DNA of 64,000 nucleotides, from the NCBI GenBank assembly GCA_965199855.1, contig OZ241326.1, positions 1,184,001 to 1,248,000 of the forward strand. Direction: 5' to 3'. The notes beneath the pieces were generated by a model. The model saw only the letters and a program-made list of their open reading frames with translations, made no database searches and was not told where the DNA came from. Source of the DNA: a bacterium. GTDB lineage: Bacteria; UBA8248. Below, piece after piece: positions 28,277 to 40,579 of this stretch; within the stretch, counting starts at the first letter, position 1; each line of letters opens with the position of its first letter. The translations under genes and the position numbers were made by a program.

Positions 28277-29296
28277 TCAAGCCGCGGCGAATTCCTTTTT
28301 CTTCGCCTCCGCGTCCACGCCGAAGAGCCGCGCCTGGTTCTCGCCCAGGATTTTCCGTTTGTCCTCCTCCGTGATGGGAGGATACCCGTAGCGCTCCTGG
28401 AGCTCCTCGTCGATCTCCATTTCCCAGAACCATTCGAGCATGGGCTGCGGGTTGCCCAGCAGGGGGGCTTCCGAGCCCCAGAGGATTCTCTCCGCGCCCA
28501 CGTCGCGCAGGAGCCTGCCCATGTATTCCTTGAACTGCCAGGGGGCGATGAGGGGCAGGTGCATCGTGCCCGAGAGGACGAGCGCGACGTTCTCGAAGCG
28601 CGCGGCGATATAGACGCACTCCTCGAAATAGGGGAGCGCCAGATGGTGGATGGCGAAAGTCAGATCCGGAAAATCCATGGCCGCCTGCTGGATGTCGAGC
28701 GGCGTCAGATCCTCCAGCCGCGCCCGGGTGATGGGAAAGCCCTTGTGGTATTGAAGCACCCGGAGCCCCAGCTCGCGCCCCTTCTCGTAGAGCGGATACG
28801 CGAGCTCGGGGTCGTCGCAGCGCCAGGAGTTGCCGTCGACGTGGGCGTTGTAGAACTTGACGGAGCGCGCGCCCATTTCAACGACCTGGCGCTCGAGCTC
28901 CTCGAGCGCGCCCTGAACGCTCGGATATTTCGGGTCCACACCGCCGCAGAAGAGAACGCGATCGGGATGCGCAGCGGCGAATTCGCGCTGCGCCCGAACG
29001 GGGGAGAAGCCCTCCTTGTAGACGTCGTAGAGGACGACGGCCTGGGCCATCGCCATGTCGGTCTGTGAATGCTCGAAGAGCAGCTCGCCCAGCTCCCGCG
29101 CCGTCCACTTCCGGGCGAAGCCGCCAAGAGGGTCTCCGCCGCCGTAGGCGTCCTCCTGGCCCCGGGGCCGCCGGCCCTTGCCGACGCGCAGATGCCAGAG
29201 GCGATCCAGATGGCTGTCCGGGCGGGCGAGGTTCTCGTCCGACAGATCATACATGTGGACCACGTTGTCGAACACGAAAACGTCGCCGTTGAGCAT
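28277..29296 (-). CDS. Amidohydrolase_2 family protein
   Basis: DNVVH, HKG, DFPDL...IHH, WGSE, KILGENQARL. Confidence 0.85.
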   Translation of the reverse strand: MLNGDVFVFDNVVHMYDLSDENLARPDSHLDRLWHLRVGKGRRPRGQEDAYGGGDPLGGFARKWTARELGELLFEHSQTDMAMAQAVVLYDVYKEGFSPVRAQREFAAAHPDRVLFCGGVDPKYPSVQGALEELERQVVEMGARSVKFYNAHVDGNSWRCDDPELAYPLYEKGRELGLRVLQYHKGFPITRARLEDLTPLDIQQAAMDFPDLTFAIHHLALPYFEECVYIAARFENVALVLSGTMHLPLIAPWQFKEYMGRLLRDVGAERILWGSEAPLLGNPQPMLEWFWEMEIDEELQERYGYPPITEEDKRKILGENQARLFGVDAEAKKKEFAAA

Positions 29297-29502
29297 CGGC
29301 GTCTCCCCGTCGGGGTCCGGCGTCGGAAATGGCGATGCCCCCAGAATAGCGCAAATCGCGCGCCGGGGCTACGCGCCGGGGCGCGGGCGGCGGATTTCGC
29401 CGGAGCCGGTTGACCGCGCCCGCGCGAAGCGATACATTGCGGAGCCGATTGAGCGGAATGACCCCGCAGACCGTGGGACGCCCCGTTTTCGGAGAGCGAC
29501 GA

Positions 29503-30180
29503 ATGGGCCGCTTCGCAGCGATTCTGCAGTCATCCGTCGGCGCGAAAATCGTCATGGCGGCGACGGGCGTCCTGCTGGTTCTGTTCATCATCGCCCACCT
29601 CGCCGGCAATCTCCTGGTGTTCGCCGGCCCCGAGGCGACGAACGCCTACGCGCAGGGTCTCAAGGACCTGGGCGTCCTGCTGTGGCTGGCGAGGGCCGGC
29701 CTGCTGGCCGTCCTTCTCGTCCACGTCGGCTCGGCGCTTCGCCTCTGGCGGCTGAACCGCGCGGCGCGGCCCGAAGCCTACGCCGTGTCCGCGTCCAGCG
29801 CGGTCACCTACGCGGGCCGCTCCATCGTCCTCACGGGCGCCCTCGTGCTGGCCTTCGCCGTCTATCACCTGCTGCACTTCACGCTGTTCGCCGTGAATCC
29901 CGAGTTCGCGCGGCTGCTCGACGCGCAGGGCCGCCACGACGTCTACCGGATGGTGGTGCTGGGGTTCGGGAACGCGGCGGTGTCGGGCGTCTATCTCGCT
30001 TCGATGGTTCTTCTCGGCCTGCACCTGAGCCATGGCGTGACGAGCCTGTTCCAGTCCCTGGGGCTGAGCGGCTCCTCCGGTGATTCCTTCATCAAGCGGC
30101 TCGGCCCCTGGAGCGGCGTTCTCATCGCCCTGGGCTTCATGTCGATTCCGCTGGCCGTCCTCGCGGGCGTCGTGAAATAG
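29503..30180 (+). CDS. sdhC: Succinate dehydrogenase/fumarate reductase cytochrome b subunit (5-TM type)
   Basis: SSVG.K.VMA.TG...FI..HL.GNL, four His ligands, HLSHG.SLFQSLG; precedes sdhAB. Confidence 0.92.
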   Translation: MGRFAAILQSSVGAKIVMAATGVLLVLFIIAHLAGNLLVFAGPEATNAYAQGLKDLGVLLWLARAGLLAVLLVHVGSALRLWRLNRAARPEAYAVSASSAVTYAGRSIVLTGALVLAFAVYHLLHFTLFAVNPEFARLLDAQGRHDVYRMVVLGFGNAAVSGVYLASMVLLGLHLSHGVTSLFQSLGLSGSSGDSFIKRLGPWSGVLIALGFMSIPLAVLAGVVK

Positions 30181-30205
30181 TTCTCCTTATCGCGGGAGGA
30201 GAGGC

Positions 30206-32130
<1,925 letters not shown>

Positions 32131-32131
<1 letters not shown>

Positions 32132-32880
32132 TGAACCTCACCCTCAGGGTCTGGCGTCAGAAGGACGCGCGGGCGGCGGGCAGGCTGGAAACCTACGAGG
32201 CGAGGGACGTCATCCCCGACATGTCCTTCCTGGAGATGCTCGACGTGACGAACGAGCGGCTGATCCTCGAAGGGAAGGAGCCCATCGCCTTCGACCACGA
32301 CTGCCGCGAGGGCATCTGCGGCACGTGCTCCCTGGTGATCAACGGCAAGGCGCACGGGGGCTTCAAGGGCACGACGACCTGCCAGCTCCACATGCGGAAG
32401 TTCAGGGACGGCGACGCCATCACCATCGAGCCCTGGCGCGCGCGGGGCTTTCCCGTCGTCCGGGACCTGGTGGTGGATCGCTCCTCGTTCGACCGCGTCA
32501 TCCAGGCGGGCGGGTTCATCTCCGCGAACGCGGGCGGGGCGCCGGACGGCAACGCCCTCCCCGTGCCGAAGCCCGACGCGGACGCCGCCATGGACGCGGC
32601 GGCCTGCATCGGCTGCGGCGCCTGCGCGGCGTCGTGCCCGAACGGCTCGGCCATGCTCTTCGTGGCGGCGAAGGTCTCCCACCTCGCGCACCTGCCCCAG
32701 GGCCTGCCCGAGCGCGGCCGGCGGGTGCGCCGCATGGTGGCGCGGATGGACGCGGAGGGCTTCGGCAACTGCGCGAACCACGCGGAATGCGAGGCGATGT
32801 GCCCCAAGGAGATCAGCGTGAGCCACATCGCCAAAATGAACCGCGAGTTCATCCGCGCGGCCGCGCGCGGGGAGGAGTAG
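32131..32880 (+). CDS. sdhB: Succinate dehydrogenase/fumarate reductase iron-sulfur subunit
   Basis: [33 protein letters not shown]; TAATG overlap. Confidence 0.96.
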
Positions 32881-32994
32881 AGGGAGGCTCCTCCCGCCGC
32901 CGCTTTCAGACGCTTTTCTCAGCTCGTTTTTCCGGTGAATCCGCGGGGAGCGACTTTCACCTTCAGCGCGCTCGGGGTGAGACGGACATTCGGC

Positions 32995-33639
32995 TCAGGC
33001 TCCGCCGTTTCGGGGTTTATTGCGCGCGGCCTTGATGAGTTTTTCAAGGCAGCAAATCGCCCGGAATAGGCTTTCCGAGCGGTTGACCGCGACTTCGGGC
33101 CGCCATTTGTTCCGGACATACTCGATGAGCCGCGATGCATAGGCGGCTCCCACGCGGCGACCGCTTCCTTCACGAGGCGCCATATCCCGCTTGATGGCTG
33201 GCCGACGGGAACGCCGAGCCAGATTCACCATATCGTCCTTTGGTTTTTCAAGGTTCTCAGGGTTTTCGGATATCCGATTCGCCGACACGCTTAAATAAAC
33301 TGAGAGGGCTTTGGCGTCCGCCATCAGCCATGCCTCGACTTCTCGGACGGCGATCCGAAAGCAAAGGTTGGGCGCGGGATGAGGCAGCCACTTATCGCGC
33401 AAGGCCGGCGCGCAATCCGCGTCGCGATCGAGATCGATCAATACGAGCCATGGTCCATGAATGGAACGAGCTGCATTGTTGAAGCAGTCGATCTGCTTGA
33501 ATAGGTAAGGTTTTCCGGTTCTTCCATATACTTCGCCCGTCGCGCCGCCGACATGCGCGATGAGCTTCTGCGCGACCGCCTCGTCCAAGTATCCTTCAAC
33601 GGCGACGGTTATGCGCGGAACCACTTCCGGCTCACGCAT
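32995..33639 (-). CDS. TOPRIM-like protein (DUF4276-like), partner of the adjacent ATPase
   Basis: VAVEG..D, LIDLD.D, REVEAWLMAD motifs; overlaps the ATPase stop. Confidence 0.7.
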   Translation of the reverse strand: MREPEVVPRITVAVEGYLDEAVAQKLIAHVGGATGEVYGRTGKPYLFKQIDCFNNAARSIHGPWLVLIDLDRDADCAPALRDKWLPHPAPNLCFRIAVREVEAWLMADAKALSVYLSVSANRISENPENLEKPKDDMVNLARRSRRPAIKRDMAPREGSGRRVGAAYASRLIEYVRNKWRPEVAVNRSESLFRAICCLEKLIKAARNKPRNGGA

Positions 33640-34780
33640 CCGCGAACAGGGGCAATTGGTCGGCGGCCTCCGGCCGCGTTTTGGGCAGTATGATGTCGCC
33701 GAGCGGAAGCCCGCCCTCCAGCAACGGGGAGATAGCGGCGTCCGATGCCGCTGGCCTTACTTCTGTTCTTTCCTTTCTGGGAAGCAAAAGCAACGTTTCA
33801 TCGAGTCCGATTCCCTCGTCGCGCAGAATATCCTGCGAATGCGTGCTCATGAATATCTGCTTTCCGGTGTTGCGCTGAACGCGCGCCAGCATCTGCGGGA
33901 GCCACCGCACGATCTCCGGGTGGAGCGAGAGTTCCGGCTCTTCAAGCAGTAGCGACTCGCCTTTTTCCATAGCCGCCCAGAGAAGCCCGAACAGGCGCAG
34001 CGTCCCATCCGAGAACTGCTCCTCGGTCTGCCATGCGCCTCGAGGCCGCCAATGCCGATACTTGCCGCGCAGGTGGGGCGTTCCCCGTTCGTCGTGCGTC
34101 AAAGCGATCTCTTGAAATTGCGGCACCGCCACGCGAAGCGCCTCCTGAATCCGTCTCATGCGGGCATCCCGCGTCCGCTTCTGCGTCTTCGCTATCTGCT
34201 CCAAGAAATCGCCGCCGAAAGGATCGTTCGAGCGGCCTTTCGATCTGTCTGGATCGCGGATGAGCTGCGGCACGATATGCAGGTAGCGGATGGACGCGAA
34301 GAACGCGGCCACGTCGCGGAACCGCTGGTTCATGTTCACCTGCTCGAGGTGGGTCTGGGTCAACCGCTCAGCATCGGCGCGATCTTCCTTGTCGGGTCGG
34401 TTGATGATGGTCTTGTCGTCTCGCAAAACGCGCTCCTGGCGGACCAGCGGCCGGCGGCGGCTGTCCTGGTGAAAGACGAGCTCGTATTGCCAGCGACGAT
34501 CCCCGCCTTCCTGGAGCTCGACGCCAATTTCGACGTCCGGCTTTCTTCGCGCCGCAAGGCAGCGGATGGCGTTCACTCCGCCCCGCCGTCGGGCCGCTTC
34601 TCCGAAGCCGCCGCCCTGCGAGGCGAGATCGCGCAGGAACCGGAAGGCGTCCAGCAAGTTGGATTTCCCCGATGCGTTGGGGCCGACGAGGAACATGCGA
34701 TCCCGGAGGTCGATTTCCGCGTCTATGAAATTCTTCCAGTTTTTGAGGCGCAGTTTGCGGAACTTCAGCACGGCACCCAT
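33632..34780 (-). CDS. ABC-type AAA ATPase (AAA_21-like)
   Basis: LKNWKNF, Walker A GPNASGKS, signature FSDGTLR, Walker B LLLEEPE.SLHP, STHS. Confidence 0.9.
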   Translation of the reverse strand: MGAVLKFRKLRLKNWKNFIDAEIDLRDRMFLVGPNASGKSNLLDAFRFLRDLASQGGGFGEAARRRGGVNAIRCLAARRKPDVEIGVELQEGGDRRWQYELVFHQDSRRRPLVRQERVLRDDKTIINRPDKEDRADAERLTQTHLEQVNMNQRFRDVAAFFASIRYLHIVPQLIRDPDRSKGRSNDPFGGDFLEQIAKTQKRTRDARMRRIQEALRVAVPQFQEIALTHDERGTPHLRGKYRHWRPRGAWQTEEQFSDGTLRLFGLLWAAMEKGESLLLEEPELSLHPEIVRWLPQMLARVQRNTGKQIFMSTHSQDILRDEGIGLDETLLLLPRKERTEVRPAASDAAISPLLEGGLPLGDIILPKTRPEAADQLPLFADA

Positions 34781-35097
34781 CCTTTGATTTTTTTCGTCGG
34801 GCGATTCGGACTCCCTCAAGCTCTCCCGGCCGCCGGGCGGAATCGCCCGCGCCGGGGCCGGCTTCGGCAAGGCGGCGTTCCGCAACACCGGCATTGATGA
34901 TACTGCTTGCCGGAAGAGATGCCAAACCGGGCCGCCGTTGCCAAAGCACCCCCCGTGCTTTCATAAACGCTCTTTGAAATTCGCTGTTTTGAGGAAGCGA
35001 GGTGATGTCCCCCCTTCCCCATCCCCGCGAATATGTGGTATGCTGGGCGCTCCCTGGAGAAGCCGCCGCGTCCGCGCCCAGCAGAGGAGGAAGGCCC

Positions 35098-35829
35098 GTG
35101 TCCACGCGCGTAGAGATTCTGGATCGCTCGGAGATGACGGAGCAGCTCAAGGAGATGGCGACGCTCGACCCGAAGGAGACCGTCATCGTCACCATCGACA
35201 TGCACCGGGGGCATCTGGACCCGGAGATCGCCACGATGCCGGCGAGCCCCGAGGACTGCGAGAGCGTCATCCGCCATTCGGAGGAGCTGCTCGGCTTCGC
35301 CAGAAGCCACGGGATTCCGATCGTCCACGTGAAGCTGGTGTTCCGCAAGATTCCCGGCCTCGGAAGCGAGGGGATGAAGGTCGTCTTCTGGAAGGCGCTC
35401 CACGACATCCAGGACGAGAAGAACCGCCTCACCCTGGGACGCAAGAGCACGGTGAACGATCACAACATCATGGGCGAGCCGACCACCGAGATGATCCCCT
35501 CCCTCGTGGAGGAGGGCGACTACGTCATCGACAACAAGAAGCGCCTCGACTGCTTCATGGGAACGGATCTCAAGGCGCTCCTCGATTCCCTGAACGCGAG
35601 GAACGTCTGCCTCATGGGCATCAACACGAACACCTGCGTCCTGAACACGGCCTTCACCGCCTTCAACTACGACTATCGGGTGGTGATGCTCTCCGACTGC
35701 GTGGCGAGCATGTATGGGCCCGACCTGCACGTCTTCGGGATGCAGAACGTCATGCGGTGCCTCGGCTGGGTGTTCGACAACGAGGAGTTCATGGAGAAGG
35801 TGGCCGAGGGCGCCGAGGCGAAGGCGTAG
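35098..35829 (+). CDS. Isochorismatase-like cysteine hydrolase
   Basis: TIDMH, KKRLDCF.GTDL, GINTNTCV, SDCVAS; GAGGAGG RBS before GTG. Confidence 0.88.
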   Translation: MSTRVEILDRSEMTEQLKEMATLDPKETVIVTIDMHRGHLDPEIATMPASPEDCESVIRHSEELLGFARSHGIPIVHVKLVFRKIPGLGSEGMKVVFWKALHDIQDEKNRLTLGRKSTVNDHNIMGEPTTEMIPSLVEEGDYVIDNKKRLDCFMGTDLKALLDSLNARNVCLMGINTNTCVLNTAFTAFNYDYRVVMLSDCVASMYGPDLHVFGMQNVMRCLGWVFDNEEFMEKVAEGAEAKA

Positions 35830-35918
35830 CCCGCCGTCCTTCGGGACGGAGACCTTGAGGAGCGCGCGCGGCCGGGACGTCATTCTTGACGCTTTGCTTT
35901 CAGGAGGGGATTGTCGGG

Positions 35919-36713
35919 ATGCCGAAAGTTCAGGTGGGAGACGTGGAGCTCTACTACGAGGAATACGGGTCGGGGACGCCCGTGGTTCTCATTCACGGCC
36001 TCGCGGGCGACTGCGGCGCGTGGAAGGCGCAGATCGAGAGTCTCGAGAAGAACTACCGCGTGCTCGCCTTCGACAACCGGGGGGCGGGGAGGAGCTCCGC
36101 TCCCGACTATCCCTATACGTCGAAGCACTTCGCGGACGACGCCATCGGCCTCATGGACGCGGTGGGCATCGCGGAGCCCGCCCACGTCATCGGCCGCTCG
36201 ATGGGGGGCGCCATCGCCCAGATCATGGCGCTCGACTATCCCGACCGCGTGCGCAGCCTCCTCATCACCGCCTCGTTCGGCAAGCTGGACAGATACGGCT
36301 ACCAGATTCTCTACAACATCAACGAGGTGGTGAAGGCCCAGGGCTACGGCCCGGCGGCGAAGCACCAGTCGCTCTTCTTCTTCCCGCCGCGCTACTTCAA
36401 CGAGAACAAGGAGCAGCTCGACGCCTTCGAGGCGGGGCTGGCGGACACGGATCGCCCGGTGCGCGGCTACGTTCACTCCACGCACGCCTGCCTCGCGCAC
36501 GACGCCCTGGATCGCCTCCGCGAGGTGCGGTGCCCGACCCTGGTGCTCGCCGGCGGGCGGGACGTGCTGTGCGCGGCCTCCGCCTCGCGGGAGATCGCCG
36601 ACCGCGTGCCGAACTGCGAGATCAAGATCTACGAGGAGGCGAGCCACTTCTTCCTCATCCAGTGCTTCGAGGAATCCCTGCGGGACATCGAGGCGTTTCT
36701 GGCGAAGAACTAG
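35919..36713 (+). CDS. Alpha/beta hydrolase
   Basis: LIHG, FDNRGAGRS, GRSMGG, catalytic Asp/His positions. Confidence 0.9.
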   Translation: MPKVQVGDVELYYEEYGSGTPVVLIHGLAGDCGAWKAQIESLEKNYRVLAFDNRGAGRSSAPDYPYTSKHFADDAIGLMDAVGIAEPAHVIGRSMGGAIAQIMALDYPDRVRSLLITASFGKLDRYGYQILYNINEVVKAQGYGPAAKHQSLFFFPPRYFNENKEQLDAFEAGLADTDRPVRGYVHSTHACLAHDALDRLREVRCPTLVLAGGRDVLCAASASREIADRVPNCEIKIYEEASHFFLIQCFEESLRDIEAFLAKN

Positions 36714-36893
36714 GCGCGGCGGGCGGGAGCGGGTGCGCCTCCGCCGGGGGCGATCCCGACGGGGCGGAGGGATTGCGGAATCCATCGCTTTCCCGCCGGC
36801 TCGCGGCTTCCGCCGCGATGGCGATGGAGAGCGAAACATCCTTCGACGCGCGTCGAACGCGCCGTCCAAAATGTTCGCGGGGGCGTTTTCCGA

Positions 36894-38087
36894 ATGGCGA
36901 AATTCACCGATCCCATCGAAGTGCGCGGCCTGCGCGTGAAGAACCGCATTCTCATGTCCGCGATGACGACCTCGCGCGCGGAGGAGGACGGCGCGCCCTC
37001 CGCGTGGAGCCGCGCCCACTACGAGGCGCGCGCCCGGGGGGGAGCGGCGGTCTGCTTCACCGAGGCGACCTACGTCAACCAGGAGGGCAAGGGGTTCCCG
37101 AACCAGCTGGGAACCCACGAGGACGCGCTCATCGAGCCTCTGGGCGCGCTCATCCGGGCGGTGGAGGCGGCGGGCGCGCCCCTGGCGGTTCAGCTCTATC
37201 ACGCCGGCAGGACGGCGCTCGGCGCCATCACGGGCATGGAGCCCGTGGGGCCCTCCCCCATCCCGCACCCCACGGAGGATGAGGTTCCCCGCGAGATGAG
37301 CGAGGCGGAGATAGGCGCCGCCGTCCGCGCCTACGGCGAGGCGGCGCGGCGGGCGCGCGCGGCGGGCGCGCGGTTTCTGGAGATTCACGGCGCCACCTGG
37401 TATCTGTGCCAGCAGTTCTTCTCCCCCGCCTCGAACCGGCGGACGGACGGCTACGGCGGAACGCTTGAGGGCAGAATGCGCTTTCCCCTCGAAGTCGCGC
37501 GGGCGGTGCGCGAGGCGGCGGGAGACGAGGTGGTCCTGAGCTACCGCCTGGGGCTTCTCGAACCCTTCGAGAACGGCTTCACGGTGGAGGACACCCTCGC
37601 CCTCGCCCCCGCGCTCGTGGAGGCGGGGGTGGACGTCCTGCACTGCTCTCGGAACGCGCGCGTGGGGCTTCCCGTCGGGCCCGATCTGTACAACCCCGCC
37701 TTCGCCCGGCTGCGCGCGGCGGTGGACGTTCCCCTCGTCGCCAACGGGGCGGCCTTCGAGCCTGAGCGGGCGCAGGCGTATCTCGACGCGGGCGCGGATT
37801 TCGTGGGCGTGGGGCGCGCCATGCTCACCGACCCCGACTACGCGAGCAAGGCGATCGCGGGGCGCGGCGCGGAGATTCTCCGGTGCGTCGAGTGCAAGCC
37901 GTGCGCCTACATGACGCAGAGCCGGTGTCCCGACGAGGCGTATCCCGGGGGCGTTCCCGCCTCCATGCGCGAGATTCTGAATATCGCCTCGAGCATGGCG
38001 GGCGGCGGCTACGCGCCCACGGCGAAGAAGCGCCTCACGAAGGACGCGCCCGTGGAGGCCCAGCCCGGGGAATCCTCCATCTCCTGA
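36894..38087 (+). CDS. NADH:flavin oxidoreductase (old yellow enzyme family)
   Basis: KNRILMSAM, QLYHAGR, QFFSP.SNRRTDGYGG, GRAMLTDPD, C-terminal CVECKPC..C. Confidence 0.88.
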   Translation: MAKFTDPIEVRGLRVKNRILMSAMTTSRAEEDGAPSAWSRAHYEARARGGAAVCFTEATYVNQEGKGFPNQLGTHEDALIEPLGALIRAVEAAGAPLAVQLYHAGRTALGAITGMEPVGPSPIPHPTEDEVPREMSEAEIGAAVRAYGEAARRARAAGARFLEIHGATWYLCQQFFSPASNRRTDGYGGTLEGRMRFPLEVARAVREAAGDEVVLSYRLGLLEPFENGFTVEDTLALAPALVEAGVDVLHCSRNARVGLPVGPDLYNPAFARLRAAVDVPLVANGAAFEPERAQAYLDAGADFVGVGRAMLTDPDYASKAIAGRGAEILRCVECKPCAYMTQSRCPDEAYPGGVPASMREILNIASSMAGGGYAPTAKKRLTKDAPVEAQPGESSIS

Positions 38088-38128
38088 GGCCGGCGAGGCG
38101 AACCCCGCCTCTCGTGATCGCCCTCGCC

Positions 38129-38232
38129 GTAGGGGGCGCTCCTGAACGCCCCCGCCGCCTCCGATGCGAATCCCTCCCCGAAACGGGCGGTTCACGAATT
38201 GTAGGGCGGGCCCGAGGAGGGGCCGCCCCTAC
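38129..38232. repeat. REP composite element bounded by GTAG...CTAC
   Basis: Reverse complement matches 3198-3256 and 3896-3964. Confidence 0.75.
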
Positions 38233-38273
38233 GGAATCACGAAATCCCCACCTCCGCCGAACGAACGGCGCGG

Positions 38274-38741
38274 CTATTGCCCGGCCGGTCGGCCGCCCAT
38301 CCGCCGGCCGCTCTCATACCACTCGGCGCCGGGCTGTTCGGGGGGATCGTCGTAGCGCTTGATCTCGATTTCGACGTTGTCGGGGTCGTGGAAATAGGTG
38401 GCGTAGCCCACGCCGAAGGCGCCGAGATTCTTCTCCTCGCCCCGGTGGGGCTCGCGTCCGCTCGCGCGCAGGCGGGCGAGGACGGCGCGGTATTCGGCGT
38501 CGTCGAAGGAGATGGCGAGGTGATCCATCCCGCTCCTCGCCCCGACCTCCCCGGGGACGAACCCCTCGGAATGGAACAGGACGAGGACGTCCTCGCCTAC
38601 CCGGAAGACGACCTGCTCCACCTCGCCGCCGCGGATGGCGCGGCGGCCGACGGGCGCGAGGCCCATCACGTCGCGGTAGAAGGCGATGGAGCGGTCGAGG
38701 TTCGAGACGCGCAGGGCTACGTGCTCGATCATGCGCTTCAT
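38274..38741 (-). CDS. VOC/glyoxalase family protein
   Basis: IEHVALRV.NLDRS..FY, MDHLA, YFHDPDNVEIE. Confidence 0.87.
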   Translation of the reverse strand: MKRMIEHVALRVSNLDRSIAFYRDVMGLAPVGRRAIRGGEVEQVVFRVGEDVLVLFHSEGFVPGEVGARSGMDHLAISFDDAEYRAVLARLRASGREPHRGEEKNLGAFGVGYATYFHDPDNVEIEIKRYDDPPEQPGAEWYESGRRMGGRPAGQ

Positions 38742-38766
38742 GGGGCGGCCTCGAACCCGGCGGGGG

Positions 38767-39291
38767 CTAGTCCTCGTAGGCCTTCACGGTGGGCACCGTG
38801 ACGGGGGCTTCGGGCTCCGTCCTGCCCTCGGCCGCGGCGCGAATCGCCTCGATGATCTGGCGATACCCCGTGCAGCGGCAGAGGCTGCCGGTGAGCCAGT
38901 GCCGGATTTCCTCCTCGGAGGGGTCGGGATTCTCCTCGAGCAGCTTCTTCGCCGAGATGATCATGCCCGGCGTGCAGTAGCCGCACTGGGTCGCGCCGTA
39001 GGAGGCGAAGGCGGCCTGGAGGGGATGCAGATCGGCCACCCCGCCGCCGACGCCCTCTATCGTCTCGACGCGCGCGCCCTCGGCGCGAACCGCCAGCACG
39101 AGGCAGGAGCTGATGAGGGCGTCGTCCATGATGACGGCGCAGGAGCCGCACGCGCCCTGGTCGCAGGCGCGCTTGGTGCCCATCATGCCCAGATCCTCGC
39201 GGATGACGTCCACCAGATAGCGGTTGACGGGAACCAGCGCCTCGACGGGCTCCCCGTTCAGAACGAAAGATACCATCTTCTTCTCGGACAT
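38767..39291 (-). CDS. [2Fe-2S] small subunit of xanthine/CO dehydrogenase family (CoxS/CutS-like)
   Basis: [32 protein letters not shown]. Confidence 0.93.
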   Translation of the reverse strand: MSEKKMVSFVLNGEPVEALVPVNRYLVDVIREDLGMMGTKRACDQGACGSCAVIMDDALISSCLVLAVRAEGARVETIEGVGGGVADLHPLQAAFASYGATQCGYCTPGMIISAKKLLEENPDPSEEEIRHWLTGSLCRCTGYRQIIEAIRAAAEGRTEPEAPVTVPTVKAYED

Positions 39292-39587
39292 GGGCGTCCT
39301 CCCGTTTCGCGGACGCGGCGGCCTGCGGCGCGCGCCCTCGCGTTTCTCCCGACGTCGTTTCCCTGAATATACCACGCTCCGGCGCCGGACGCGAGGGGGA
39401 ATTTCCGCCCGGGCCCGCGCCGGGGTTCTTCGTTCGGGAGCGCGCCCCCGGCTTCTCCGCCCACGCCACGGGCGTTCCGGGCGCGTGTCTTCGCATGACG
39501 CTGAAATTCCTCTCGGAGGCGACCAGGAAGGGAAGGCGACCCCCTCATATGCAAGGAGAATTTATCTTTCTATATCGAGACAACCCC

Positions 39588-39601
39588 TTGACAAAAGTCA
39601 A
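39588..39601. promoter_or_regulatory. Palindromic operator TTGAC-N4-GTCAA (FNR/CRP-family-like box)
   Basis: Perfect palindrome in an AT-richer divergent intergenic region. Confidence 0.4.
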
Positions 39602-39861
39602 GAGGTTGTGTGAATTGCTTTTGGTTGCCAAGGGGGAGGCGAGAAATGGGCCGAGTTCACCCTGGAAAACACCATCATCAAGGTGCCGCGATTGTCAGAT
39701 TTTGCCCAGACGGCTGTTCAGGTGCCGCCAAACGGATCGCTGGCATGGCGGGCCTATAGTGTTCGATACCCGAAACTTCCAGCCAGAATGAAGCATCTGC
39801 GTTGCGTCCGTTCGCTCTATCACGGAGCGCCCGCCCTCATCGCAAACAAAAGGGAGAAAAC

Positions 39862-40104
39862 ATGGAGACCTTGGCTTCTTTCTACTGCGAGACATATGAC
39901 GAGGCCGTTGAGGAGGCTCAACGCCGCAAGTCGTCTCCGGAAGAACGGAGCATGATTCATTGCATCATGGATTCGCCCTACGGGAACGGATATGTCGTCC
40001 GGTCGGTCGATGCCGAGCTCTTTTGTGAGATTATTGCCGACAGCCCGGCCCCAACCCCTAGGCTCGGCCTCAGTTCTTGGCCGAAAAGCGCTCTCGGACG
40101 ATGA
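39862..40104 (+). CDS. Small hypothetical protein
   Basis: AGGGAG RBS, ATGA coupling to the next ORF, lower GC. Confidence 0.6.
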   Translation: METLASFYCETYDEAVEEAQRRKSSPEERSMIHCIMDSPYGNGYVVRSVDAELFCEIIADSPAPTPRLGLSSWPKSALGR

Positions 40105-40526
40105 CGGAAAACCCTGAAAACAGAGATTTGCCAGCTCCGGTTGGACCTGAGCAGGAACAACTGGAGCTTTTCTTCGCTATCGAGCGTCAGCGCATAGAAA
40201 GCAATGATCGGCGAACGGAAGTCGTGCGCGAGGCTATTCACGCGAGCAGCGCCGCGGATGAGCGGCAGTACAAATACCACATGGCGCGATTGGAGAACGA
40301 AAAGAAGATAGCTCAGAACAAGCATCTTTTCGCCAAGCAGGCGCTCTCTTTTGCCAGCATCATTTTTACGGTGCCGATGGCTTTGTTGTTTTGGATGCTT
40401 TTCTTCGGCGATGCGGGCCAGACCGCGTTGGCCAAAGACCTGCTCGGCGCAATCGGAACCGCAGTAGGCGGAGGCGGCGTGTTGTTCCTGCTGGCGCGCG
40501 CCATGCGGCGACTGTTGAATTATTGA
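40101..40526 (+). CDS. Two-TM membrane protein with N-terminal helical region (DUF2335-like architecture)
   Basis: Charged helical N-terminus, two C-terminal hydrophobic segments; lower GC. Confidence 0.65.
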   Translation: MTENPENRDLPAPVGPEQEQLELFFAIERQRIESNDRRTEVVREAIHASSAADERQYKYHMARLENEKKIAQNKHLFAKQALSFASIIFTVPMALLFWMLFFGDAGQTALAKDLLGAIGTAVGGGGVLFLLARAMRRLLNY

Positions 40527-40579
40527 TCGCCGCCCGCTATGGTGAGCGACCCTCGCCTTCAGCGCCCCCCGCGCCGGAA

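Noticed and set aside
39646-39759. Short ORF MGRVHPGKHHHQ... after a GGGGAGG motif
   Set aside because: Only 37 codons with no recognisable features; cannot be supported without conservation data.
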